Positions 12,690 through 25,592 of a stretch of 64,000 nt of DNA are shown here, piece after piece (the stretch's first letter is position 1; each line of letters starts with the position of its first letter). The notes under the pieces are model-generated. The model saw nothing but the letters and a program-made list of their open reading frames with translations, was not told the DNA's origin and searched no databases. Both the position numbers and the translations under genes were made by a program. Origin of the DNA: Heterodontus francisci (Eukaryota); assembly GCF_036365525.1 (NCBI RefSeq), contig NC_090410.1:5704001-5768000 (forward strand). Direction: 5' to 3'.

Positions 12690-15600
12690 TAAACGCCCAC
12701 AGGATTAGAGAGAAAAAGGAAACTTATCAAAATTACTTCCAGTGCCATAGAAGTAGGAGGATGGTGTAGGTGAATGCATGGCTGGAAAGTTGGTGCAGGA
12801 GGGAGAGTTTTAGATTCCTGTGACATTGGGACTGGTTCTGGGACCTGTACAGGCCGGACAGGTTTCACCTCAACAGAGTTGGGACCAACAGCTTTGTGCG
12901 GTAGTTTGATAGTTGGGGAGGGTTTAACTTAACTTGGCAGGGGTGTGGGAACCAGGAGGCAACATTAGAGAGGAAAAACAAGGTGACAAAGAATTGGGAG
13001 CACAAATAGCCCTCGAGTAAGAAATAGTAAGGCATTAAGTAGAGGGAATGCAATAAGATCGAAATTAGGTTTTTTGTTTATGTATGTGAATGCATGGAAT
13101 GTGGTAAATAAAGTTGGTAAGCTGCAGGCACAGAGAGCCATGTGGAAATATGACATTGTGGTGGTAATAGAAACGTGGCTCAGAAAAGGGTAGGACTGGG
13201 TACTAAATATTCCTCGATATGAGATGTTTGCAAAAGATAGGGAAGGAAAGAAAGGGGGGGGGTGGCAGTATTGATTAAGGAGAAATATTATAGTGCTGGA
13301 GAGAGAGGATTTCCTAGAAGGGTCAAGCACAGAATCTATTTGGTTAGAGTTAAGAAAAAATAGAGTTACCTTTACATAAGTGGGTGCATTCTATAGGCAA
13401 CCAACTATTGGGAAAGATATAGAGGAACAAATTTGCAAGGAAATTACAGAGAGGTGCAAAAAATATTGAGTAGTTATAATGGGGGACTTTAATTTTCCTA
13501 ATATAGACTGGGATAGTTGTAGTCTAAAGGGCAGAGGGTAGTATGAGATTCTGAAGTATGTTCAGGAGAATTTTCTAAATCAGTTTCCAGTCCAACAAGG
13601 AAGAAGGCATTGCAGAATCTAGTTCTAGGGAATGAGGTGGACCAAGTGGATCAAGTATCAGTTGGGGAACATTTAGAAGACGGTGTTTAGGACAGGTTTA
13701 TGGAAAAGGATGAGGAGCAATCCAGAGTAAAAATAATTAATTGGGAGAGGGGCAATTTCAAAGGGGTGAGAATGGATCTGTCCCAGGTAAATTGGAATCA
13801 AAGCTAGGCAGGCAAAACTGTAACAGAACAAGGTGCTGCCTTTGAAGAGGAGATGGTTCAGGTGCATTCAAGTTACATTCCCATGAGGCGGAAGGTAGGA
13901 CAAACAAAGGTAGAGCTCCCTGGATAATGAAAGAGGTAGAGAGTAAGATGAAGCAGAAAAGGGGTGCCTATTACAGATGTCAGATTGACTATTCAAGTGA
14001 GATCTAGGCTGAATATAGGGAGTTTAGAGGGAAGTGAAAAATGAATGAGAAGAAAAGAGAGAATGTGAGAAGAGACAGGCAGCTAACATGAAAGGGAATC
14101 CAAATATCCTCTATAGATGTAAAAAATAATAAGGTGGTAAAAGGAGAAGTAGGATTAATTAGGGACGGAAAAGAGGATTTACACATGAAGGTAGAAGGCA
14201 AAATGTGTACTTTGCATCTGTCAAGGAAGAAGATGCTGCCCAAGTCAAAGTGAAAGGGGAGGCATTTGAGATACTGGTTGGGATTAAAATTGATAAACAG
14301 GAGGTGTTAGGCCGGTTGTACTTAAAGTTGATAAGTCACCAGGATCAGTGACAGTTACTGGCATGCAATCGATGGACTGAATGGCCTCCTTCTGTGCCAT
14401 AAATGACTCTATGACTCTGTGGATCGGATCAAATGCATCCGAGGATAATGAGGGAAGTAAAGTTGGAAATTGCACAGGCACTGGCCATAATTTTCCAATC
14501 CTCCTTAGATACAGGGGTGGTGACAGAGCACTGGAGAATTACAAATGTTACACCCTTGTTCAAAAAAGGATGCAAGGATAAACCCAGCAACTACAGGTCA
14601 GTCAGTTCAACCACAGTTGTAGGAAAGCTTTTAGAAATGATAATCCAGGACAAAATTAACAGTCACTTGGTCAAATATGGATTAATTAAGGAAAGTCAGC
14701 ACGGATTTGTTAAGGGCAAATCATGTTTAACTAACTTGCTTCAGATGTTTAATGAGGTAACAGAGAAGGTTGATGAAGGTAATATGATTGATGTGGTGTA
14801 CATGGACTTCCAAAAGGCATTTGATAAAGTGGCATGTAACAAGCTTGTCAGCAAAGCTAAAGTCCATAAAATAAAAGGGACAGTGGCAGCACGGATACGA
14901 AGTTGGTTGAGTGACAGGAAACAGAGAATAGTGCTGAACGATTGTTTTTCGGACTGGAGGAATGACTGCTACATAGTAGGATTCCCCCAGGGATTGTAAT
15001 TGCTTTGCTTGATATCTATTAATGACCTAGACTTGAGTGTGCAGGACAAATTTTAAAATTTGAGGATGACACAAAACTTAGAAGTATTGTGAACTTTGAG
15101 GAGGGCAGAGATAGACTTCAAGAGGTCATAGACTGGTGGACACATGGCAGATGAAATTTAGTGCAGAGAAGTGTGAAGTGATTCATTTTGGGAGGTAGAA
15201 TAAGGAGAAGCAATATAAAATAAAGGATACAATTCTAAAATGGCTGCTGGAGGTATATGTACACAAATTGTTGAAGGTGGCAGGGCAGGTTAAGAAAGTG
15301 GTTAATAAAGCAGAAGGCATCCTGGGTTTTATAAATAGGGGCAAAAATTGCAAAAGCAAGGAGGTTGTAGTGAACATTTGTAGAACACTGGTTTGTCCTC
15401 AACTGGAGTATTGTGTCCAAATCTAGGCTACACACTTTAGGAAGGATGTAAAAGCATAAGAGAGGGTGCAGAAAAGATTTACAAGAAAGGCTTCCGGGAT
15501 GAGGGACTTCAGTTATGAGGATAGATTGGAGAAGCTTTAGAGAAGAGAAGGCTGAGAGGAGATTTGATAGAGGTGTTCAAAATCATGAGGGGGCTGGACA

Positions 15601-15938
15601 GAGCAGATATGGAGAAACTGTTTCCAATGGCAGACGGGTTGAGAACCAGAGGACATCAAATTAAGGTGAAATGCAAATGAATCAAAGGCGACATGAGGAA
15701 AGCCGTCTTATGTAGCGAGTGATTAGGATCTGGAATGCACTACCTAAGACTGTGGGCAACACACTTTAGGCAGATTTAATCATAGCTTTCAAAAGGGTAT
15801 TGGATAATTATTTGAAGAGAAGGAAATTGCAGGGCTTTGGGGAAATGCCAGGGGAGTGGGACTAGCTGAGGTGCTGTTACAGAGAGCCAGCACAACACGA
15901 TGGAGTGAATGGCCTCCTGTAATCATTCTATGATTCTA
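12690..15938 (+). mobile_element. Long degenerate CR1 LINE (ORF1 esterase end, endonuclease, RT, 3' UTR) between the two divergent promoters
   Basis: YVNA..VVNK, IETWL, MGDFN and DFQKAFDKV motifs with many stops. A short CR1 3'-end insert sits at ~14350-14425. Confidence 0.92.
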
Positions 15939-16319
15939 AAATCATAATATTTTGCTCTATCAGGTCACGTGCCTGAGTGTTGCGGGATGGTTTGAGTGAA
16001 ATGCCCCTGCAGTTTGAGGTTATATTAATCTCGCTGGAGGATATAAACTCTTTTATTCCGCACAAAATAAAAATCTGCATCGACAGCTGGTGAGTTTGAG
16101 CTATTTTGTACCAAAAATATCTGGCTCAAAAATATAGATCTGTTAAACACAAAATGCAACGAAAATGCGAAATTCTATTTGTCCCCAATAATTTGCCTGT
16201 TAATTTGAAAGTCATATATGAACCAATTATATGTTATAAATTATCATTAATAATAGAGGTTTCGTTTAATGTTCTCCTGGGCAGTTGACAGGGTGGAACT
16301 TTAGAACCGGGATTAGTTT

Positions 16320-16490
16320 CCCCGAAATCGGACCCTGTTGAGGGGCGGAATTGGTCCGTCGTTTTATTGGGTTCCGGGTTGTAAAAGTTTTGAGTTACTC
16401 GACAAAATCTTGGTGGATAAAAAACGGAGACGGAGGCGGCCGCGGGTAAAATGTGAGGCGATGGACGGGAAAGACTGAAAAGGGTGGAAG
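16320..16490 (+). promoter_or_regulatory. CCDC97 promoter and putative non-coding exon 1
   Basis: Small CpG cluster with GC box GGGGCGG (16342), two ATTGG/CCAAT (16350, 16366), ETS-like TTCCGG (16372) and candidate donor GAAG|gtaaaa at 16490/16491. E-box GTCACGTG at 15964. Confidence 0.65.
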
Positions 16491-17214
16491 GTAAAACATA
16501 GAATAATATCGATTGGCTGGAGGAGGGGGAGGGGTGGTTCAGGTCGCTGAGGCCTTCACAGCCTCAACTCCCAGGCCTGGGATTTAACCCCCAATTCCAG
16601 TTAATTCAGAATTCCCAGGTTTTGTGGAAATGATTTCCAGTCAGGTTATTGCACAAAACAAATCCTTTCTCTTTCCCCACCACCAAAAATAATCAGCAGG
16701 AGCCTGGAACATCTAATTTGAAATAGACAGTGAGATCACAGTCAAAGTCTAATAATTCTAGTATGTGTGTGTTTATATTAGCTCTTAGGAATGTTAGGAG
16801 TGAGATTTATAGAATTGGAAAACGTGAGACTGAGAGCAACTCCATTAAAAATATACAGAAAATATGGAATGCTAGAAATCTGATTTTTTTTTTTAAAAGT
16901 GCAACAGGGCAGTCAATGTCTGAAAGAGAAAGTTTATGATTTCATTTAAGATAGAATTCCTGTCCTGAAGTTGGGATCGCTCTGGCCATCAGATAAGCCT
17001 CCTGCTGTGCTGTGAGCGTCTATGTGTCTTGCATTGGACTTGGGCCTGCTCTGCATTTCTAGCACTTTCCATTTTTAATCCAGGAACGAATCTCCTCCCG
17101 CAGTTGGGCTGTCATTTTTTTTTTACACTTGTTATAGTAAACAGCATAATTAATAGGAAAATTATATTATTCATAGGCTCACAAACACAAGATTTCTTGG
17201 AAATTGCTCCAACC

Positions 17215-17734
17215 ATGAGTGATCCTCCACCAGATGCTGTCACTCAGGAAGCCAATGCACAGATGGAGGAGATCCTCATAATTTCCAGTGAGGGTTCTGC
17301 CACCCTCATTGAGGTTGAGCAACAGAATCAGCCCACTGCTGTTGCTTCCCCAGGGGAGATTGCAGACGCAGCCGAATTTTTGGAGGAGCTTTCTGACCAG
17401 CAAGAAGATGCCATGGATGCTTCGCTAAACAGCATGTTTCATACAATTGCCAGTAGCAAGGCTCAGATCAAGAGCCAGCAGAAGGACGAGCCTGATCTTG
17501 TGTATGACCAGAAGCTGGACATCATCAAGGATCTTTTCTGGTGTAAGCCGGTGGTGTTCCTGGAACGTTTTCACAAAATCATCAGAGAAGAGCATCTGGT
17601 CTGTTTCAATCATTTGGCTGGCAACTATGAAGTTACTTTTTACAGTAATGAAATTAAAAAGTTTTCAATGAAGAAAGCTGCCCGAACAAATGTTCGCAAC
17701 AAGAGGTATGCGGCCCTGCAGCAGCTGATTAAAG
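17215..17734 (+). CDS. CCDC97: CCDC97 first coding exon
   Basis: Acceptor ttcatag (exon start 17177), accATGa start, ...KPVVFLERFHK...NVRNKRYAALQQLIK, donor AAAG|gtgatg (phase 1). The start codon is inferred. Confidence 0.9.
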
Positions 17735-18309
17735 GTGATGTGTAAAAAGGTGTTTTTTTTTTTTACCTATTTTTAGGAAGGTGCTGCCTCTTGCTGGTGC
17801 TGTTAGTCCCTCCTGTATTTCCCCAACAATATTTCTCACACTAGACAGTGAGAATCGAGGAGTAATTCAACCATGGAAGGCATCACACCTGAGTGCAATC
17901 TTAAAAACACTGATAACATTATGATTTAGTTGGGAAGGTTCCCTTTGCATTCGTTGGAACATTTTTTACGTTTGTTGAGCTTTTAGTTTGATTGGACTGC
18001 GTTTCACTTTCTTATATTAACGATGCCCTAAAAGGCATTCTGTTGGCCCATTAAAATAAGTTTATCCTAACCCAATAATAGTATACTTTTACTTTCCAGC
18101 ATAGATCCCTTGATATTGCCCCTAGGAGTATCCTCTTCCCTAGCCATTGGATATGAGGTCCAACTCCAGCTGTGGTTGTGATCAACAAATGCCATAAACT
18201 GATTGGCACCTTTTGTGTCTCTACCCCTGATGGTTTGGGAAAGATAGGAAACTTGCCATATGGTGGATCATGGGCATCAACCCCAGATTGCCATTTCAGG
18301 CACAGAATG

Positions 18310-18640
18310 CTGGCGCAGTGGTTAGCACCGCAGCCTCACAGTTCCAGCGACCTGGGTTCAATTCTGGGTAGTGCCTGCGTGGAGTTTGCAAGTTCTCCCT
18401 GTGAACTGCGTGGGTTTTCGCCGGGTGCTCCGGTTTCCTCCCACAGCCAAAGACTTGCAGGTTGATAGGTAAATTGGCCACTGTAAATTGCCCCTAGTGT
18501 AGGTAGGTGGTAGGAGAACGGTGGGGATGTGGTAGGGAATATGGGATTAATGTAAGATTAGTATAAATGGGTGGTTGATGGTCGGCACAGACTCGGTGGG
18601 CCGAAGGGCCTGTTTCAGTGCTGTATCTCTAAACTAAATT
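18310..18640 (+). mobile_element. HE1-like V-SINE
   Basis: Same head, core and tail; ends CTCTAAACTAAA. Confidence 0.92.
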
Positions 18641-19864
18641 TCCAAAAACTTAGTAATTTATGACAGTAGTTCGAAGCCAAACCCTGGCTTTTTGCTGGTG
18701 TCACAAGCCCTGGTGTTTCTTCAAAAATCCTCACCAAGAAATGTGGAAGAAGTGAAGACAAGGACATAACTGATATATGTTGAGCAAGGACACTTAAAAC
18801 ACAAAAATCATCAATCTCACCACATCCCTGTTAATTCCATATACACCAGTGAGTACCACATGAATTGAATATTATTGCCTGTATACTTTCATGCCAAGAT
18901 TCCATAAATATTGACATTTTTTAGCATTATTTCCCTCCTCCGAGCCCATTGTAATATAATTTTTGATGAATTTATGTGCTTATCCATTTCCTAGGAATGC
19001 AATGGTTTCCTCTCTTTATTTTGTATCCAGTGTCAACATCAAGCACTTCCTGGTACAATATAAATCGAAGCTCCCTCTAATATATCTCAGCAGTATTTCT
19101 CAACTCCACCAGGCTCCTTGAGTGAGCTTGCTAGTTTTGTATCAGATAATTGTTAGTTTTATGGCTGCAGATTTGTATCCAGTAGGAACTGAGATTAAAT
19201 TCTTTCTCCGATTCATTTGATTTACATCTTTGTTGTAAACAGAAAAAGGGAGATATTCATCTCATTCTCTCAGCTGGAATCGAAACCAGGTTGTTGGATG
19301 TTATAACCCACTGCTTCACCTCACCTCCTGTTTCACAGCGATTTATAAATAGACTAATTTATTTAATCTATCTATCTTTATCTTCACACCCGTTGGAACC
19401 CACTCGTGACCCCCTCTGTTTACGTTTGCTCCAGACATTCCCAATTTTGTTGCACTCTCATTTTCTAATCATGTTGCCCTTTTTAAAAAAAAAATAAATA
19501 AATTCCAGAGCAAAAGAAAAAGTAGATTAACATTTCTCCTCTCAATTTGTTCTTTTGGATGGGCAATGGTCTATTTTCCCCTTTCCTGGTCACCGACCTG
19601 AAACATTAACTGTTTCTCTGAACATAGATGATGCAAAAACCTGCTGAGTGTTTCCAGCATTTTCTGTTTTTATTCCCCCTTCTTGACCCATGTTTGTAGC
19701 TAATTGCTGAAGGAGAAATAGACAATTTTCCTTGTTTTGCCTAAAGGAATAACTGCAGCAGCTTTTTCCCTTTTACATTTAAAAATGCAAGAAATTTACA
19801 GTACAGACGGGGCTCATCTGGCCCGTTATGTTTGTCGGCTCTAAAACAAAAGAGATTATCTGGA

Positions 19865-22232
19865 TAATGATGGCCATGAAACCATTGTCAATTGTAAAAA
19901 CCCGCCTGGTTCATGAATGTCCTTTAGGTAAGGAAATCTGCTGTCCTTACCTGGTCTGGCCTACATGTGACTCCAGACCCACAGCAATGTGGTTGACTCT
20001 TACGTGCCCTCTGAAATGGCCTAGCAAGCCACTCAGTTGTATCTAACCGCTACGAAGTCAATAAAAATAAATGAAACCAGACGGACCACCCGGCATCGAC
20101 CTAGGCACTGGAAACGACAACGGCAAACCCAGCCCTGTCGACCCTGCAAAGTCCTCCTTATTAAAATCTGGGGGCTTGTGCCAAAGTTGGGAGAGCTGTC
20201 CCACAGACTAGTCAAGCAACAGCCTGACATAGTCATACTCACAGAATCATACCTGACAGACAATGTCCCAGACACAGCCATAACCATCCCCGGCAGGATA
20301 TACCCAGCAGAGGTGGTGGCACAGTGGTATACAGTAGGGAGGGAGTTGCCCTGGGTGTCCTCAACATCGCGTCCGGACCCCTTGAAGTCTCATGGCATCA
20401 TATCAAACATGGGCAAGGAAACCTCCTGTTGATTACCACCTACTGCCCTCCCTCAGCTGATGAGTCAGTACTCCTCCATGTTGAAAAGCACTTGGATGAA
20501 GCACCGAGGGTGGTGAGGGCACAGAATGTACTCTGGGTGGGGGATTTCAATGTCCATCACCAAGAGTGTCTTGGTAGCACCACTACTGACCGAGCTGGCC
20601 GAGTCCTAAAGGACATAGCTGCTAGACTGGGTCTGCGGCAGGTGGTGAGGGAACCAACAAGAGGGGTAAACATACTTGACCTCGTCCTCACCAATCTGCC
20701 TGCTGCAGATACATCTGTCTATGACAGTATTGGTAGGAATGACCACCGCACAGTCCTTGTGGAGACAAAGTCCCGCCTTCAAATTGAGGATACCCTCCTT
20801 CGTGTTGTGTGGCACGACCACCGTGCTAAATGGGATAGATTTCGAACAGATCTAGCAATGCAAAACTGGGCATCCATGAGGTGCTGTGGGCCATCAGCAG
20901 CAGCAGAATTGTACTCAACCACAATCTGTAACCTCATGGCCCGGCATATTCCCCTCTCTACCATTACCATCAAGCCAGGAGACCAACCCTGGTTCAATGA
21001 AGAGTGCAAGACTGCATGCCAGGAGCAGCACCAAACATACCTCAAAATGAGGTGTCAACCTGGTGAAGCTACAACACAGGACTATCTGTGTGCCAAACTA
21101 TGTAAGCAGCATGCGATAGACAGAGCTAAGTGGTCCCATAACCAACGGATCAGATCTAAGCTCTGTGGTCCTGCCACATCCAGCCGTGAATGGTGGTGGA
21201 CAATTAAACAACTAACTGGAAGAGGTGGCTCCACAAATATCCCCATCCTCAATGGGAAGCCCAGCACATCAGTGCGAAAGATAAGGCTGAAGCATTTGCA
21301 GCAATCTTCAGCCAGAAGTGCCGGGTTGATGATCCATCTGCACAGTGGCGCAGTGGTTAGCACTGCAGCCTCACAGCTGCAAGGACCCGGGTTCGATTCT
21401 GGGTACTGCCTGTGTGGAGTTTGCAAGTTCTCCCTGTGTCTGCGTGGGTTTTCTCCGGGTGCTCCGGTTTCCTCCCACAAGCCAAAAGACTTGCAGGTTG
21501 GTAGGTAAATTGGCCATTATAAATTGTCACTAGTATAGGTAGGTGGTAGGGAAATATAGGGACAGGTGGGGATGTTTGGAAGGAATATGGGATTAGTGTA
21601 GGATTAGTATAAATGGGTGGTTGACGGTCGGCACAGACTCGGTGGGCCGAAGGGCCTGTTTCAGTGCTGTATCTCTAATCTAATCTAATCTCGGCCTCCT
21701 CCTGAAGTCCCCAGCATCACAGATGCCAGACTTCAGCCAATTCAATTCACTCCCCAAAATATCAATAAACGACTGAAGGCAATGGATACTGCAAAGGCTA
21801 TGGGCTCTGACAATATTCCGGCAATAGTACTGAAAACATTCACTCCCTCCACCACCGGCGCAGAGTGGCAGCAGTGTGTACCATCTGCAAGATGCACTGC
21901 AGCAATGCACCAAGGCTCTTTCAACAGCACCTTCCAAACCCGCGACCTCTACCAACTAGAAGGACAAGGGCAGCAAATGCATGGGAACACCACCACCTGC
22001 AAGTTCCCCTCCAAGTCACACACCATCCTGACTTGGAATTATATCACTGTCGCTGGGTCAAAATCCTAGAACTCCCTTCCTCACAGCACTGTGGATATAC
22101 CTACCCCAAATGGACTGCAGCAGTTCAAGAAGGCAGCTCACCACCACCTTCTCGAGGGCAATTAGGGATGGGCAATAAATGCTGGCCTAGGCAGTGACGC
22201 CCACATCCCATGAATGAATAATAAAAAAAAAA
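19865..22232 (+). mobile_element. Second CR1-like LINE family: SINE-like 5' UTR, APE endonuclease, RT largely deleted, intact 3' end
   Basis: IWGL..K..EL, PDIVILTESYL, VGDFNVHH, EPTRG.NILDLVLTN, DH, PWFNEEC and GSDNIPAIVLK, then a jump at ~21835 to the ORF end. Tail GGGCAATTAGGGATGGGCAATAAATGCTGG...ATGAATGAAT(A)n. Confidence 0.9.
21341..21691 (+). mobile_element. HE1-like V-SINE nested in the LINE
   Basis: Near-identical to 1510-1874; tail (AATCT)n. Confidence 0.93.
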
Positions 22233-22554
22233 CCATATATTCTATCCTCCTTTCTTGAAAGTATTGGAATACCCTTATAGTAAAGCCAACAACCCTTCAG
22301 TACAGTATTTACTTGACCATTGTTTATGTGTGGGCTATGACAGTGAATATTTGACCAGTAAAAATGAGCTTTACCCAATTATTTGGACCTTCCCTATGCT
22401 ATCATGCTTAGATAAACGTAACTTCTCTTTACTTTCGTAGGATTCACAGGAAATTCAAATGTTTATCTCAGCCCAAATTGAGGTTTAAACATGGGTTTTC
22501 CAATAGTTTTGCAGCATTCCTTACAATTCAGAATTAGTTTTTGTCTCTTGAATA

Positions 22555-22915
22555 AAATAACTTGTATTTCTATAGTGACTTTCATGACCATAGGATGTCC
22601 CAAAGTGCTTTACAGCCAATGAAATACTTCTGGAATGTTGGAAATACAGCAGCCAATTTGCGCGTAGCCCGGTCCTGCAAACAGCAAGGCGATAAATGAT
22701 CAGATAATCTATTCTAGTGATAAATATTAGCCAGGACTCTGACGAGAACTCCCCTGCTCTTCGGAGTAGTGCCACGGGTCATTTATGTCCACCTAAGAGG
22801 GCAGACAGAACCTTGGTTTAATGTCTTATCCGAAAGACGGCACCTCCGATAGCGCAGCACTCCCTCAGTATTGGCACTGTGTGTGTCAGCCTGGACTTTG
22901 TGCTCCATTCTCTGG
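22555..22915 (-). mobile_element. DeuSINE (SacSINE1/AmnSINE1-like)
   Basis: Minus-strand GGAGGTGCCGTCTTTCGGAT Deu-domain motif; L2-type tail. Confidence 0.8.
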
Positions 22916-22969
22916 AGAATGCACCGATAGATGCCTTCGCTAATGTAATCCTTTCGTCTTTCCCTATAG

Positions 22970-23215
22970 ACGGGGAGTATTTCAGCGACGAGCAGATGCG
23001 GACTCGAGATCCTCTGCTTTACGAGCAGTATATTAGACAGTACATGACGGAGGAGGAGCTATTGGCTGAGAACAGCAAAAACCTGAGCAGTGCGATGTGT
23101 TTGTCTGACCTGCTGATGAGCACTTATCAAGAAAAGATTGTGCAGGAAAGGCTCCAGTGGCAACAGGAAAGGGAGGATGCCTGCGTGGAGGAGGAAGAGG
23201 AAGATGAGGAGGAAG
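22970..23215 (+). CDS. CCDC97: CCDC97 second coding exon
   Basis: ctatag|AC GGG GAG: [25 protein letters not shown]...EEEEEDEEE; donor G|gtctgt; 246 nt, phase 1-1. Confidence 0.95.
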
Positions 23216-23529
23216 GTCTGTTTCTATCTCTGTGTTATTGGCCGTGAAAACAAGACTAAACATTAGAAAGCTGTTTTTTCACTAATATTTTCTCCCCTCC
23301 TCTACTGAAGTTTGTACTCTTATGTTATCATAGTACCATGCCCAAGAGGCAAGTCATCACGTTTTAGGTCCAGATGTGAATATTGGCAGGCTATTTAAAT
23401 GTTGGTGGGGGGCATCACAGCAGAGTCTGATTCTGTCCTAATTGAGTATTAATTGAACAGTTACCAGGAGCAACAAACCCGATGTGAATGTTGACTCCTT
23501 ACTTTGGGGATACTGAGGTCAAATTGAGG

Positions 23530-24248
23530 GAACGGTAGCATAGAGGTTATGTTACTGGACAAGTGATCTGAGACATGAGTTCAAATTCCTCCAATGCAGC
23601 TGGGGAATTTAAATTCAATTAATCAAATAAATCCGGAATTAGAAGCTAGTACCAGTAATGGTGACCATGTAACTACCAGAGTGTCATAAAAACCCTTCTG
23701 ATTCTGGTCCTCTTTGGGACAGAGGAGGTTGAGGGAAGACCTAATTGTAGTGTATAAAATTATGATGGGTCTAGATAGAGTGGATAGGAAGACCCTACTC
23801 CCATTGGTTGAGGGATCCATAACCAGGGGGCATAGATTGAGTGTAAGAGGAAGGAGATTTAGAGGGATTTATTGAAGTTTTTTTCACCCAGAGGGTGGTG
23901 GGGATCTGGAACTCACTGCCTGAAAGGATGGTAGAGGCAGAAACCCTCATAACATGTAAAATAACACACTTGTATGTGTACTTGAAGTGCCGTAACCTAC
24001 AAGGTTACAGACGAAGAGCTGGAAAGTGGGAATAGGCTGGATGGCTACTTGTCGGCTGCCGCAGATATGATGGGCCGAATGGCCTCCTTCCCTGCTGTAA
24101 ATTTGTGATTCAATGTCCTTTAGGGAAGGAAATCCTTACCAGATCTGGCTGATGTGACCTTAATTGCTACTCAATTAAGGGCAATTAAGGATGGGCAATA
24201 AATGCTGGCCTAGCCAGCGACGCCCACATGTAATGAGGGAATTAAAAA
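23530..24248 (+). mobile_element. tRNA-headed element interrupted by a CR1 3' fragment (~23715-24110)
   Basis: Head GAGTTCAAATTCC; tail GGGCAATTAAGGATGGGCAATAAATGCTGGCCTAGCCAGCGACGCCCAC. Confidence 0.82.
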
Positions 24249-24295
24249 GGATGTGAGTTTTGTGTTGTGACACTGATGCACCTGTTTCCATCTAG

Positions 24296-24425
24296 ATGAC
24301 AACCCGGAGTCTAAAACTGCAGACTGGGTACCCAGTGATGATGAGAGGACCATGCTGAGGGAGGAATTTGTAAGCCGCATGTACCAGCGCTTCTTGGATG
24401 GGGAAGACGGAGACTTTGATTACAG
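24296..24425 (+). CDS. CCDC97: CCDC97 third coding exon
   Basis: tctag|AT GAC...: [43 protein letters not shown](S); donor AG|gtgagc; 130 nt. Confidence 0.95.
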
Positions 24426-25189
24426 GTGAGCACCATTTAGAATCATAGAGAGAGTAGAATCACACAGCACAGGAGGAGGCTGTTTGGCCCCTCCTGTCTG
24501 TGCCAGCTCTTTGAAAGAGCAATCCCATTAGCCCCACTCCCATGTTGATTAATTTTCGGGTTTTAAACCAAACTCCTGATCCAAACACATTCCTCCTTCC
24601 TGACAATATCCCTCTAGATTCCAGCTTTTCGTTCCCATAACTATTCTGTCTCTCTCTGTTGATAATCACAATGATTAATACTTCTCTAAATTTCCCCTCT
24701 TAGTTCCCACTATGCATCGACTTTGCTTTTATCGGCTTCTCTTCCTTGTTGGTACCATGATTCAGTTCATCACCTCACATTCTCATTCTATCCCTGTTAA
24801 AATCTTTATCTCCCTCAGTCTTCCTTCTTTCCTACCATCTGCGAGTTTTTGAAACGCGAACTTTTTGTCTGCTGACCACTAGTCTTGATTTACCACGTTG
24901 GCTGTGCCATAAAATAATATCCAGCGTTATAGGACTGGCCCTGACCTCATGTTTTTTTTTAAAAAAACATTATTATTCACTTTCTCTATGTACTCCGGTC
25001 CATTTTTTTTTTTGATAAATGCTTGTCAGATTTTGTTCTTGTCTAGAACCTTGAAAATAATCTTTTAGATTGACCAAAAAGAAACTGTTTATCATATCAC
25101 TGCCCCAGTAACAGTGTAATTTGGTAAACTGGCTTGGCATCCTCATGTCTCTGAACCACTTTGGGATGTTTCTATGCTAAATGTGCCCT

Positions 25190-25592
25190 GTGTCAGCTGT
25201 GGCTCAGTGGGTAGCACTCTGGCCTCTGAGCCAGAAGGTTGTGGGTTCAAGGCTGACGCTCCAGTACAATACTGAGGGTGTGCTGCACTGCCAGCAGTCC
25301 TGTTTTTGAGGTGAGACATTAAACTGAGGCCCCTTTTGCTTTCTCTGGAGGATGTAAGAGATGCCATGAAACTATTCAAAGAAGAGCAGAGGTGTTCTCC
25401 CTGGGTACCTAGGACTTAACCCTGGACCAATAACGAAAACAGATTATTTTACAATTATCGCATTGCTGTGGGAGCTTGCTGTGCGCAACTTGACTGCCAC
25501 GTTTCCTACATTGCAACAGTGACTACACGTGAAAAGTACTTTATTGACTGTATTTGGGACGTCCCAAGGTTGCTATATAAATGCAAGTACTT
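25190..25592 (+). mobile_element. DeuSINE (SacSINE1-like)
   Basis: TGGCTCAGTGG A box, GGTTCAAG, Deu core, tail GCTATATAAATGCAAGT. Confidence 0.82.

Noticed and set aside
17029-17176. Hydrophobic N-terminal extension of CCDC97
   Set aside because: It lies upstream of the splice acceptor, starts at TTG and overlaps a repeat remnant.
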